The notes beneath the pieces are model-generated. The model saw only the letters and a list, made by a program, of their open reading frames with translations. It did no database searches and was not told where the DNA came from. The position numbers and the translations under genes were made by a program. From assembly GCA_964016885.1 (NCBI GenBank), contig OZ024751.1, positions 51,398,001-51,462,000 on the forward strand: 64,000 bases of DNA, read 5' to 3'. The stretch is from Eledone cirrhosa (Eukaryota). Shown here piece after piece: positions 15,012-27,745 of the stretch (the first letter of the stretch is position 1; each line of letters begins with the position of its first letter).

Positions 15012-15200
15012 GTAATGGGAATTGCTGAGGTTTATGTTGACATCCAAGAAATCAATGAGTTTTAAAGTTTACTTTAATGTAAATATGAGGCCAAGCCATT
15101 TAAAGAGAGATATTAGATCTTTTTCAGTGGTGTGAGGGAATGTCATCTGGCTTCCTCTGGGGTATTCAAAGATATATCCACTGTCCCAAATCGCCTGCCT
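15012..15200 (-). mobile_element. Penelope-like element reverse transcriptase remnant
   Basis: IWDSGYIFEYPRGSQM...EKDLISLFKWLGLIFTLK*TLKLIDFLDVNINL resembles PLE RT motifs (YRDDG...K.I..LFK..GL.IT...K.VDFLDV..NL); adjacent to the HHR element on the same strand. Confidence 0.65.
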
Positions 15201-15979
15201 CGAGGAATATAAGTTTTGCATCTTCGTATGCAACCCAAAGCTTTTTGGATCTGGGATTTGATGGTGAGCTCCAGCCACGTTGACTTCACTCCAAATGTGC
15301 AATATGTTACCATACAATGTCACACGTTTTCCAGCAATCCATAATACAACAAATGATGCCTTAGTCTAGCTCACCAATCTCAATCTGTCTCTCTAACCAT
15401 TGTATGTATGTCATATAACAAGAAAATTGGAAAGACCAATGGAAACATTGCTTCCTTGATCCAATCGGATGAGTTCTACCCCACTTGGTAAGTAAAATAG
15501 GTCTGGTATCTTGTTGATCTTCAAAAAAAAGAACAGGTACAATGTTTGAAAAGACCAGCTTTAGAATTGTTCAACCATTGATGAACCAAAACAACAACAA
15601 AAAGTCATAACCAACAACAAATTCCATCAAAGTTAGATAGTCATGTTTTGATGTATATTTTCTCTTTTTCTTACTCTCACATACCCCTGCCAGTTTAATC
15701 TCTCATATTTCTCTCTCCCCTCCCTTCAAATGTCCAAACTTCCACACCACCATATCACTCCCGCTACACCATCCTCATCACCCCATCTAAATATGGGAGC
15801 TATTGATAGATTAGTTAAATAATGATTTCTAGTATTAGTACAATGATTTCTAGATTAGTTAAATAATACCACCAACAAGTTCGTCCAGTATCATATACTG
15901 AGCAAAAAATAGCAATATATATATTGATTATTTTTTTACCTCCTCCATATGGTTTTGTTCTGTTATATTTTATCATCAA

Positions 15980-16160
15980 CATTACTACTACTTCTACTAT
16001 TGCCACTACTACTCCTGCTACTACTACCACTATTACTACTACTGCTACTACAACTACTACTACTACTACTACTACTGTTACTACTACCATCTCTACTACT
16101 ACTACTACTACTACCACTACTACTGCTGCTGCTGCTACCACCTCTACAACTACTATTATA
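15980..16160. repeat. (CTA)n trinucleotide region
   Basis: Direct reading. Confidence 0.9.
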
Positions 16161-16412
16161 TGAGAACATTGTTTGTTAAAGTCATATCACATTTTTTTTT
16201 TGTTAAAGTCATATCACATTTTTTTCATTGTCTATTACTTTTTGTTCTTCTTTCACAGAAGAACATCAATGATATCAACATTGTGTTACATAGAAGAGAG
16301 AGTTGCTCCCCCTACCAACCTCAGGTCACATGGTTTGGCTTTTTATTTTTATTTTATTTTTTATCTACAATTCAGCAAGGATGTAGTTGGCTTTTATATG
16401 TATGTGCGTGTG

Positions 16413-16445
<33 letters not shown>

Positions 16446-16584
16446 GTATGTGTGTGTATATATATACATATATATATATATATAATTATTTTGTATGATT
16501 GATGATTAAAGTTGGCTTTCCATTTTAACGTTTTTCCTCATCCTCTTTACTTATATGTATGATCATCAATATTACATTTTTCCT

Positions 16585-17055
16585 TTAGCAAGGACATAAG
16601 TGACCTTCCATCTTTCATATTATTTCATCAATGACATAAGTGACCTTCTATGAATATGATTTCATCAAGGGCATAAGAGACCTTCCATAGTTTATACTAT
16701 TTCATCAAGAACATAAGTGACCTCCCATCTTTCATATTATATCATCAAGAACATAATTGACCTATGTTTCATATTTGATCAAGGACATGAGCTACTTTCT
16801 ATGGATAATATCATTTCATTGAGGACCTAAGCGACCTTTCTACGTTTTCTATTTCTTCATCAAGGATATAAGTGACCTTTCTGTATTTATATTATTTCAT
16901 CAAGGACATTATAATAACTCCATCTTCCAGCATTGATCAAGGACAAATGATCTTTCATGTCTTATCCTATTTTATCATTTTATCAAGGACATAAGTCACC
17001 TCCAACATATGAACATCAGTGACCTTTCTACATTATTACTTTATCAAAGACATCT
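16585..17055. repeat. Degenerate tandem repeat of about 40 bp (catcaaggacataagtgaccttcc...)
   Basis: About 11 spaced recurrences of the atcaagRacat and gtgacc motifs. Confidence 0.8.
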
Positions 17056-17548
17056 GAGGTTCTTCATCATTCAGTATTATTCCATCAAATTCATATTTCA
17101 CCTTTCACTCCTTTATATCAGTTTTCAATAAAAGTATTTTAGAGTGTAATTTTCAGTATTTCTCCACCACCCCCTATCTAATAATAATAAAGGTAATTAT
17201 GATTGTGGTAGAAATTATTAAAAGCTGTAATGAAAATATCATATATAAAGAAAATAGTATTATTGGTATCATTATTGCTGTTACATGGTATTGGTGTTGC
17301 AGCCAGTAAGTGCCCTTTTTTTTTAAACCACAACTTGTCTAAAGTCAGGCTCATTCTTGTCCTTTCTCCTATTAAAGTTTTTCCATACTGTTCATAACTC
17401 TCCTCATTTTGTGCCAAGGATTACCTGGATACTTTTACCATCACCAGCACTACCAGAATCCTACACGATATATCAAGCCTCTGAGATTAGGGATCGATCT
17501 GAGGCCAATTGATACGCTTCACCTAGCAACCAATTACTATAGAAACCC

Positions 17549-17900
17549 TTCGATTGGCAGTATCAGTAGAGGGTCGGACACCATGCTTTGATGCATAGAG
17601 TTACGGCCCTTGCCATTCTGAGTTCAAATCCCACCGAGGTTAACTTTGCCTTTCATCCTTACGGGGGTCGATAAAATAAAGTACCAGTAATGTACTGGGT
17701 AATTACTGGCCTTGTGCCAAAAGTAGAAACAATTATTATACCATGCTTTGCAGCATAGATTTATGGCCCTTTACGTTCTGAGTTCAAATTTGCTGAGGTT
17801 AACTTTGCCTTTCATCCTTACGGGGTCGATAAAATAAAGCACCAGTAATGCACTGGGGGTAATTGCTGGGGCCTTGTGATAAAAGTAGAAACATTATTAT
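17549..17900 (+). mobile_element. Two tandem SINE family A copies (second is 5'-truncated)
   Basis: gattggcagtatcagtagag...gagttcaaatcc...gtagaaacaattatta, then a second copy starting ccatgctttgcagcatag. Confidence 0.9.
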
Positions 17901-18224
17901 TATTATTTCTATTATTATTTTTATTGCACATCATTACTGCTTTACCGAGCACAGCTCTGTGTACCTTAGGTATGTGCAGTGTAGTTTTTGCTGATGTTGT
18001 TTCTATTGTATTGATAGAACTTTTCATAACATGTGTGCAGTGCCTCGTAGTGCTATCTTTTGTATGTTGTATATAAGTCCTGGGGTTTTGGTTATGTATT
18101 TATCTGTGTGTATTATTATTATTATTACTGTTAATACTTCTATTGTTGTAAAGATTCTCATTACTTCTATATAATACATTAATAAACAGGTTATTTAGCT
18201 AGGGTTAAGGTTTAACAAAATATC

Positions 18225-19300
18225 AGATGGAAGGAGAGATAGAGAGAGGGATGGATGGTTGGCTGGATGGATGGATGGAGAGGTAGAGAGAGGGGTGGAT
18301 GGTTGGCTGGATGGAGAGATAGAGGGGTGAAGAGAGGGATGGATGGTTGGCTGGATGGATGGAGAGGTAGAGAGAGGGGTGGATAGTTGGCTGGATGGAG
18401 AGATAGAGGGGTGGAGAGAGGGATGGATGGTTGGCTGGATGGATGGAGAGGTAGAGAGAGGGGTGGATAGTTGGCTGGATGGAGAGATAGAGGGGTGGAG
18501 AGAGGGATGGATGGTTGGCTGGATGGATGGAGAGGTAGAGAGAGGGGTGGATAGTTGGCTGGATGGATGGATGGAGAGGTAGAGAGAGGGGTGGATAGTT
18601 GGCTGGATGGATGGATGGAGAGGTAGAGAGAGGGGTGGATAGTTGGCTGGATGGATGGATGGAGAGGTAGAGAGAGGGGTGGATAGTTGGCTGGATGGAT
18701 GGATGGAGAGGTAGAGAGAGGGGTGGATAGTTGGCTGGATGGATGGATGGAGAGATAGAGAGAGGAGTGGATGGTTGGCTGGATGGATGGATGGAGAGGT
18801 AGAGAGAGGGGTGGATAGTTGGCTGGATGGATGGATGGAGAGGTAGAGAGAGGGGTGGATAGTTGGCTGGATGGATGGATGGAGAGGTAGAGAGAGGGGT
18901 GGATAGTTGGCTGGATGGATGGATGGAGAGGTAGAGAGAGGGGTGGATAGTTGGCTGGATGGATGGATGGAGAGATAGAGAGAGGAGTGGATGGTTGGCT
19001 GGATGGATGGATGGAGAGGTAGAGAGAGGGGTGGATTGTTGGCTGGATGGATGGATGGAGAGGTAGAGAGAGGGGTGGATAGTTGGCTGGATGGATGGAT
19101 GGAGAGGTAGAGAGAGGAGTGGATGGTTGGCTGGATGGATGGATGGAGAGATAGAGAGAGGGATGGATGGTTGGCTGGATGGATGGAGAGGTAGAGAGAG
19201 GGATGGATGGTTGGCTGGATGGATGGAGAGATAGAGAGAGGGATGGATGGTTGGCTGGATGGATGGAGAGATAGAGAGAGGGGTGGATGGTTGGATGGTT
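18225..19300. repeat. Purine-rich 44-bp minisatellite (ggatggatggatggagaggtagagagaggggtggatagttggct)
   Basis: Direct reading; the ORFs at 18212-19386 are repeat translations. Confidence 0.95.
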
Positions 19301-19629
19301 GGAAGGCAGCAATAAAGAAGAGAAATAACGAGAAGATGAAGAAGAATTAAAGGAAGTAGAAATATAAAGAAGACTAACAACAACAACAGAGAAGAGGAAT
19401 ATTATTGAAGCTAACCAATGGTGAATGTAGAAACATTAAGCAGTAAAATGTAATATAAAGTAAATGTTACATTATAGGTTCAACTCCATAATGGGTGTAT
19501 ATAGATCATGGCATTTTTTTTTCTCTGTTTTTCTCTATCGTATTTATTCCTGGAAAACAAATTACACGAGGAAATGATGACGATGATAAAAATAATAATA
19601 ATTGTAATAATAATAATAATAATAATAGT

Positions 19630-19820
19630 AATAATTGTTTCTACTTTTGGCACAAGGCCAGTAATTACCCAGTACATTACTGGTACTTTATTTTATCGAC
19701 CCCGTAAGGATGAAAGGCAAAGTTAACCTCGGCGGGATTTGAACTCAGACTGTAAAGGGAGGTAACTATGCTAGAAAACATGGCGTCCAACCCTCTACCG
19801 ATACTGCCAATCCACCGCCC
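19630..19820 (-). mobile_element. SINE family A, full length, inserted in (TAA)n
   Basis: Minus strand starts GGCGGTGGATTGGCAGTATCGGTAGAG (A-box), has B-box GAGTTCAAATCC and the full 3' end. Confidence 0.9.
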
Positions 19821-19886
19821 TAATAATAGTAATAATAGTAATAATAGTAATAATGATTTCTTTATTGGCCACAAGTAATAATAGTA

Positions 19887-19946
<60 letters not shown>

Positions 19947-20424
19947 GTGGCAATGGTTTCTATCGTTTATATTCTTTCGGAACAATAATAATGTTAGTGA
20001 TTGCTATGATGACTAAAATACAGTAGTGATAGCTGCTACTGTAAATAACGATAAGGATAATGAGGAGGTAAAGATGATGATGATGATGATGAGGAGGAGG
20101 GGGAGGAGGATGTCAATAATCATGATGTCGATGTGTGATGGCGGTGCTGCTTTTCATAGTGATGATGATGATGATGATAAGGATGATTATGATAACAGTG
20201 ATTGTGATAATGATGATGGTTATGATGATGATGATGATGATGGTGGTTATGATGATGATGATGGTTACGGTAATGAAGATGGTTATGATGATGATGATGA
20301 GGATGAGGATAGTGGTGAAAAGGATGAAGAGGTAAAAATGTTTGTGATACTCAATTATGGAAGGCAATTTAGGAAGTAAAATGTTTTAAATTGTTCATCT
20401 TGCCGTTTAGAGTTAAAAACGTCT

Positions 20425-20631
20425 GTATACATGTATGTATATATGTATATATATATATATATGTATGTGTGTGTATGTATGTACATATGTAAATATGTGT
20501 GTATGTATATATATGTGTGTATGTATGTGTATGTATGTGCGTGTGTATGTGTGTGTATGTATGTATATATATGTGTGTATGTATGTGTGTGTATGTGTGT
20601 GTATGTATGTACATATGTAAATATGTGTGTA

Positions 20632-20662
<31 letters not shown>

Positions 20663-21360
20663 GTGTGTGTATGTGTATGTATGTGCATGTGCATGTGTAT
20701 GTGTGTATATATATATATGTCTGTTTCTTTGTATCTATGCATGGACATTCACATTTGTTCACACAAAGATATATTCACATTCATACACATTCATGCATGT
20801 AGACATAGAGACATACACAAAACAAACAACACACATATACAGACACATAATATATTTGTATGTGCACAAATATACAATCAATTCAAAACACATACACAAA
20901 TACATTTGGATATATACATACCTGTGTGTGTGTGTGTGTGTGTGTGTGTCTGTGTGTGTGTATAGAGATGTGTTAGCTACCTTATGTTTGTGCATAACAT
21001 GTATGTGTATGTATATGTTCATGTGTATTCGTATTTGAGTATGTGTGTGTGTGTGTATGTGTGTGTGTGTGTGTATGAGTGTGTGTGTGCATGTGTTAGC
21101 TTGCTTGTTTGTGTGTTTGTGCATACAAACATAAGTGTGTATGTGCAGAAACATGTAAATAAGCCAGTGCATGCACACATACACATACATGAACAAAGTG
21201 CATGCACACATACACACAGACATATACACACATCTATACATACATGTGTGTGCACAAATAAGCCAACACATACATACACATGCATACATAGAGATGTACA
21301 GATATGTGCAAATGCATATGTACAGATGCACAAATATGCACAGGTGCATACATACACAAA
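20425..21360. repeat. (TG)/(TA)/(CA) low-complexity region
   Basis: Direct reading. Confidence 0.85.
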
Positions 21361-21616
21361 ATAAACCCTAAAATTATCTGAATGTCTGTAATAAATATTG
21401 CTTAATCAAACTATATAATTTGGAATGTCAGAGAGAAAGAAAAACAACATAAACAATAACAACAACAACAACAACAACATCACTACCACAACTACCAACA
21501 ACATCAACAACACTACCAACAACAACAACACTATCACCATCACTACTACAACTGCCAACAACAACAACAACAACAACAATATCATCACCATCACTACTAC
21601 AACTACCAACAACAGC

Positions 21617-22645
21617 AACAACAGCATCAACAACAAACCATCACCACCACAACCACCACCAACAACAGCATCAACAACAAACCATCACCACCACAACCAC
21701 CACCAACAACAGCATCAACAACAAACCATCACCACCACAACCACCACCAACAACAGCATCAACAACAAACCATCACCACCACAACCACCACCAACAACAG
21801 CATCAACAACAAACCATCACCACCACAACCACTACCAACAACAGCATCAACAACAAACCATCACCACCACAACCACCACCAACAACAGCATCAACAACAA
21901 ACCATCACCACCACAACCACCACCAACAACAGCATCAACAACAAACCATCACCACCACAACCACCACCAACAACAGCATCAACAACAAACCATCACCACC
22001 ACAACCACCACCAACAACAGCATCAACAACAAACCATCACCACCACAACCACCACCAACAACAGCATCAACAACAAACCATCACCACCACAACCACCACC
22101 AACAACAGCATCAACAACAAACCATCACCACCACAACCACCACCAACAACAGCATCAACAACAAACCATCACCACCACAACCACCACCAACAACAGCATC
22201 AACAACAAACCATCACCACCACAACCACCACCAACAACAGCATCAACAACAAACCATCACCACCACAACCACCACCAACAACAGCATCAACAACAAACCA
22301 TCACCACCACAACCACCACCAACAACAGCATCAACAACAAACCATCACCACCACAACCACCACCAACAACAGCATCAACAACAAACCATCACCACCACAA
22401 CCACCACCAACAACAGCATCAACAACAAACCATCACCACCACAACCACCACCAACAACAGCATCAACAACAAACCATCACCACCACAACCACCACCAACA
22501 ACAGCATCAACAACAAACCATCACCACCACAACCACCACCAACAACAGCATCAACAACAAACCATCACCACCACAACCACCACCAACAACAGCATCAACA
22601 ACAAACCATCACCACCACAACCACCACCAACAACAGCATCAACAA
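21617..22645. repeat. Nearly perfect 44-bp minisatellite, about 23 copies
   Basis: Unit aacaacagcatcaacaacaaaccatcaccaccacaaccaccacc; in phase at 21661 and 22321 (660 = 15 x 44). Confidence 0.95.
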
Positions 22646-23009
22646 TAACATCAACCACAACAATATCCATATTGCCACCACCACCACAACCACCACCATC
22701 ACCACACCACCACCACCACCATCACCACACCACCAACAACAACAACATTAACAGCAACATCAACAACCACACTACCGCTACCAAGAATAACAACAACATC
22801 ACCAATCCCAATACAATCAACACTACCAACATCCCACCGCCACCGCCACCACCAATAACAACAACATCAACAACAACAAACATGGTAATCAATATGGTTT
22901 CCAAATATGGAGATAAAGATAACCAAATTAATACAAATCAGATGTTTACATTTTGCAAGATTTTGTGTTCATGTTGTTGTTGTTGTTATGGTTGTTGTTG
23001 TTGTTGCTG

Positions 23010-24650
23010 TTGTGTTGGCAGTGGTGGTGGCTGTTGTGGTGGTTGTGGTGGCAGTGGTGGTGGTTGTGTGACTGTTGTGGTGGCAGTGGTGGTGGTGGTG
23101 GTTGTGTGGCTGTTGTGGTGGTTGTGGTGGCAGTGGTGGTGGTTGTGTGACTGTTGTGGTGGCAGTGGTGGCAGTGGTGGTGGTTGTGTGACTGTTGTGG
23201 TGGTTGTGGTGGCAGTGGTGGTGGTTGTGTGACTGTTGGGGTGGCAGTGGTGGTGGTGGTGGTTGTGTGGCTGTTGTGGTGGTTGTGGTGGCAGTGGTGG
23301 TGGTTGTGTGACTGTTGTGGTGGTTGTGGTGGCAGTGGTGGTGGTTGTGTGACTGTTGTGGTGGCAGTGGTGGCAGTGGTAGTGGTTGTGTGACTGTTGT
23401 GGTGGTTGTGGTGGCAGTGGTGGTGGTTGTGTGACTGTTGTGGTGGCAGTGGTGGTGGTGGTGGTTGTGTGGCTGTTGTGGTGGTTGTGGTGGCAGTGGT
23501 GGTGGTTGTGTGACTGTTGTGGTGGTTGTGGTGGCAGTGGTGGTGGTTGTGTGACTGTTGTGGTGGTTGTGGTGGCAGTGGTGGTGGTTGTGTGACTGTT
23601 GGGGTGGCAGTGGTGGTGGTTGTGTGACTGCTGTGGTGGTTGTGGTGGCAGTGGTGGTGGTTGTGTGACTGTTGTGGTGGTTGTGGTGGCAGTGGTGGTG
23701 GTTGTGTGACTGTTGTGGTGGTTGTGGTGGCAGTGGTGGTGGTTGTGTGACTGTTGTGGTGGCAGTGGTGGTGGTGGTGGTTGTGTGACTGTTGTGGTGG
23801 TTGTGGTGGCAGTGGTGGTGGTTGTGTGGCTGTTGTGGTGGTTGTGGTGGCAGTGGTGGTGGTTGTGTGACTGTTGTGGTGGTTGTGGTGGCAGTGGTGG
23901 TGGTTGTGTGGCTGTTGTGGTGGTTGTGGTGGCAGTGGTGGTGGTTGTGGTGGCAGTGGTAGTGGTTGTGTGACTGTTGTGGTGGTTGTGGTGGCAGTGG
24001 TGGTGGTTGTGTGGCTGTTGTGGTGGTTGTGGTGGCAGTGGTAGTGGTTGTGTGACTGTTGTGGTGGCAGTGGTGGTGGTTGTGTGGCTGTTGTGGTGGC
24101 AGTGGTGGTGGTTGTGTGGCTGTTGTGGTGGTTGTGGTGGCAGTGGTGGTGGTGGTTGTGTGGTGGTTGTGTGGCTGTTGTGGTGGTTGTGGTGGTGGTT
24201 GTGTGACTGTTGTGGTGGCAGTGGTGGTGGTGGTTGTGTGGCTGTTGTGGTAGTTGTGGTGGCAGTGGTGGTGGTTGTGTGACTGTTGTGGTGGTTGTGT
24301 GGTAGTGGTGGTGGCTTGTTGGCTGTTGTGGTGGCAGTAGTGGTGGTTGTGAGACTGTTGTGTGACTGTTGTGGTGGCAGTGGTGGTGGGTGTGAGACTG
24401 TTGTGTGACTGTTGTGGTGGCAGTGGTGGTGGGTGTGAGACTGTTGTGAGACTGTTGTGTGACTGTTGTGGTGGCAGTGGTGGTGGTTGTGAGACTGTTG
24501 TGGTGGTTGTGTGGTAGTGGTGGTGGCTGGTTGGCTGTTGTGGTGGCAGTGGTGGTGTTTGTTGTGGTGGTTGTTGTGTGGCAGTGGTGGTGGTTGTGTG
24601 GCTGTTGTGGTGGCAGTGGTGGTGGTTGTGAGACTGTTGTGGTGGTTTGT
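23010..24650. repeat. GT-rich minisatellite, about 41-bp unit (gtggtggttgtggtggcagtggtggtggttgtgtgactgtt)
   Basis: Direct reading. Confidence 0.9.
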
Positions 24651-24720
24651 GGTTGTTATTGCTGTTTAGATCCAAGTCAGTTTCAATCCAGCATATCTAT
24701 AGTTAAAGGTGTTTCAGCCA

Positions 24721-24912
24721 TAATAATTGTTTCTACTTTTGGCACAAGGCCAGCAATTAATCCAGTGCATTACTGGTACTTTATTGTATCGACCCCGTTA
24801 GGATAAAAGGCAAAGTTAACCTCGGCGGGATTTGAACTCAAGATGTAAAGAGCCATAAATCTATGTTGCAAAGCATGGTGTCTGATGCTCTACCGATTCT
24901 GCCAATCCACCG
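24721..24912 (-). mobile_element. SINE family A, full length
   Basis: Matches the 19630-19820 copy. Confidence 0.9.
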
Positions 24913-25298
24913 TTTCAGCCATAGTAATGCCATAATATATCAACATATTATATCAAGGATTATATAGATAAATAAGGTTTATGAAGCAGTAGACAATCTT
25001 CTTTATATCTCATCAATAAATTTCTCTTTACTGCCTAACTTTTTAACAGCTTTAGAGGCAGAAGTAAGTGATCCTGGATGAGTCTTTTATGAAAGATGAA
25101 ACTATCTCAATCCAAGCTGCAGAAGGCTCTGTGATTCAATCACAAGACCTACTTTCACTATAAAACTAAATATCTTCTTTATCTTCTTCGCCTACTTATT
25201 CCTGAGAGGCTAATGGGGTCATTAGGTAAACATTGATACAATTCAATTCAAGCACTCTATGTACTTTTTCCACATAGGAATGACGGAATATATTTAGC

Positions 25299-25398
25299 AT
25301 AAGGAAATGCGAAGTAGTTTCAGAAGTTAAAGTCCTTTATTGATAAGACCCTATCAATAAAGGTCTTTAACATTTGAAACTACTTCGCGTTTCCTTAT
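25299..25398. repeat. Inverted repeat (47-bp arms, 6-nt loop) with decayed hammerhead-like cores head-to-head
   Basis: ataaggaaatgcgaagtagtttc...ttgata / tatcaa...gaaactacttcgcgtttccttat, about 4 mismatches. Confidence 0.85.
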
Positions 25399-25410
25399 TA
25401 TATATATATA

Positions 25411-25455
<45 letters not shown>

Positions 25456-25485
25456 GTATATGTATATATAAATTATATGTATATT

Positions 25486-25655
25486 AAGAATAACAATGAA
25501 ATTTCATTTACATGCAGTTAGTCTTTTTATTGTGTATCGACCTGCTGCGCACATTCTCTGGGTGACCCTGAACCTATCCTCTGCAAAACGCACATAACAG
25601 GTCGATATACAATAAATCACAAACTACATGTGAACGAAACTTCATTGTTTTTCTT
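25486..25655. repeat. Imperfect inverted repeat (arms about 58 bp) between (TA)n tracts
   Basis: aacaatgaaatttcatttacatg...tattgtgtatcgacctg versus caggtcgatatacaataa...catgtgaacgaaacttcattgtt. Confidence 0.8.
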
Positions 25656-25858
25656 TATATATATATATATACACACACACACATATATATACATATATAT
25701 ACATATACATACATATATACATATACATACATATATATATATACATATATGTACATATACATACATCTACATACATATACATATATGTACATATACATAC
25801 ATCTACATATACATATATATATATATACATATACATATATACATATACATATATACAT

Positions 25859-25933
<75 letters not shown>

Positions 25934-26277
25934 TCCAAGCATACTACATGGTTAATGTGCTGGATGACTGACCATATCCAGATGATTATGAGGTCTGATC
26001 TTATTAGTGTTATTGCAATTGTGCACCTGACCAATGCACATAACTCTGCTTGACTGCACAAAATAGCACAATGCATTATAGTTGACTAGTTAGAAGTAGT
26101 TTGGGCACCGAATTGTAAAAGCAAATGGTCCAAAATGATCCAACAAAGATATTCTCCCACCCATGCAGACTTGGCGAGATCTAAATAAAAAAAGAGCAGC
26201 CTGTGTGTAACTGTATTTGTACTTATGTGTGTGTGTGTGTGTATGTATGCGCGCGTGTGTGTGTGTGTATGTATAAA

Positions 26278-26465
26278 AATGGCTAACTACACATGTTTTC
26301 TTCCTCAAAAAATGTTTTCCTTTTTTTCTTTCCATCCTTATTCTCATCTATCTTTCTCTTTCTCCTCTCTCATCTGTTCTCTCAATGAAGGACTAATATC
26401 CAAAACGTTAGGGCCCTTTTCGTATTATATCAAGTTGCTATTTTTCCTTGTTGACTTTTGTCATA
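26278..26465 (+). mobile_element. HHR family 2 element, decayed core
   Basis: aatggctaacta, pyrimidine tract, then TCAATGAAGGACTAATATCCAAAACGTTAGG. Confidence 0.6.
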
Positions 26466-26520
26466 CATATATATATATAAACATATATATATATATATAT
26501 ATAAATAATTACAACAGTGA

Positions 26521-26579
26521 CATAAACAGGTGCTGAAGTTTCGTTAGGTTCTGGGCCCCAACTCATTCAGTCTGTCATG
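26521..26579 (-). ncRNA. Hammerhead-like motif (variant core), probably inactive
   Basis: Minus strand: catgacaga CTGAATGA gttggg-gcccagaa-cctaac GAAAC ttca GCA cctgtttatg; one extra core nucleotide and GCA in place of GUH. Confidence 0.5.
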
Positions 26580-26630
26580 AGAAAAATAAAAACAAAACAT
26601 CTTTGTTTTTATTTTTCTCATGACAGACTG

Positions 26631-26632
<2 letters not shown>
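26566..26632. repeat. Perfect hairpin, 31-bp arms and 5-nt loop
   Basis: ttcagtctgtcatgagaaaaataaaaacaaa-acatc-tttgtttttatttttctcatgacagactgaa. Confidence 0.95.
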
Positions 26633-26692
<60 letters not shown>

Positions 26693-26698
<6 letters not shown>

Positions 26699-27355
26699 TA
26701 AGAGGGATCAGATGTTGTTTACTCGAGAGAAGGCTACGTTGGTATGGACACGTGATGCGCATGAAAGTCGATAGCTGTATAACAAAGTGCAGGGCAATAA
26801 AGATAGACGGTAGTCACGGAATAGGCAGACCTAGAAAAACCTGGGACGAGCTGATAAACTCCGACATCACACACTTACACCTCTCCAAGACAATGTCACT
26901 GGACCGAGACCTTTGGCGGTACTCAGTAACAGAGAAGACCCGCCTTACCTAAATATATAGTAAAACCTACTCCAGCCAGTAGGCATCTCTAACAAAATAC
27001 ACCCCGTCCCACCACCACCACCCCCACCCGATCCACACCACCCCGTTCTATGTAAAGTTATGTTGGTGCCGCGCCATCGAGGCCGAAACAAATGAGATCG
27101 TGTAGGTGTCACGACAAAAAAACACACAGTCCACGCTGTAATGTGGCCGTGTAGGCAACACGGTAAAAACCTCCCAGACCCACACTGTAAATGTGGTTGG
27201 TGTTAGGAAGGGCATCCAACTGTAGAAAACCTGCCAGACAGTCCTATGCGAGCAAGACAATCACTCTTGCCTCAAGTGGGACTACCCCCGTCCAAACCCA
27301 TGCAAGCGTGGAACACGGACGTTAAACGTTGATGATGATGATGATGATGATGATG

Positions 27356-27357
<2 letters not shown>
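26693..27357 (+). mobile_element. 5'-truncated RTE LINE (ORF C-terminus, 3' UTR, (GAT)n tail) inserted in (TA)n
   Basis: RLRWYGHVMRMKVDSCITKCRAIKIDGSHGIGRPRKTWDELINSDI...DRDLWR; 3' end GTTAAACGTTGATGATG. Confidence 0.92.
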
Positions 27358-27386
<29 letters not shown>

Positions 27387-27401
27387 TATACATATATATA
27401 T

Positions 27402-27745
27402 GGAGGCACATGGCTTAGTGGTTAGAGCATTGGCCTTGCAATCGAAAGGTTGTGAGTTCAATTCTCAGACCGGGTGGTGTGTTGTTTCCTTGAGCAAAAC
27501 ACTTTATTTCACATTGCTCCAGTTTACTCACCTGTAGAAATGAGATGATAGGGACTGGGGTCCCTATCATTCCACTGCAAAATGGTCGTGTAGGCGCCAC
27601 AGTAAAAAAGCACCCGGCACTCATTGTAAATGAGGTTGGTGTTAGGAAGAGCATCCAGCTGTAGAAATCAAGCCAGAATCAGTTCCTGTCCGACCCTTGC
27701 AAGCAGGAAAAAGCAGACGTAAAATGATGATGATGATGATGATGA
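27402..27745 (+). mobile_element. tRNA-derived SINE family B, full length (about 340 bp) with RTE-type tail
   Basis: A-box TGGCTTAGTGG, B-box GAGTTCAATTC, core ccttgagcaaaacacttt...tgctccagtttactca, RTE-like ggttggtgttaggaagagcatccagctgtagaaa, (GAT)n end. Confidence 0.92.

Noticed and set aside
16585-17055. CRISPR-like appearance of regularly spaced motifs (also at 53555-53840)
   Set aside because: The repeats are degenerate, the intervening sequences are related to each other, there are no cas genes and the context is eukaryotic
21425-24675. 407-aa and 568-aa Thr/Gln/His/Pro-rich ORFs
   Set aside because: The unit lengths (44 and about 41 bp) are not multiples of 3, so the peptide cycles through all frames, which marks a non-coding repeat lacking stops
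26109-26180. Possible 72-nt minus-strand exon (good acceptor, all frames open)
   Set aside because: Weak donor (GTGCCC), no recognisable protein similarity and no partner exons
27402-27475. tRNA gene
   Set aside because: It is the tRNA-derived head of SINE B and continues into the SINE body in five copies
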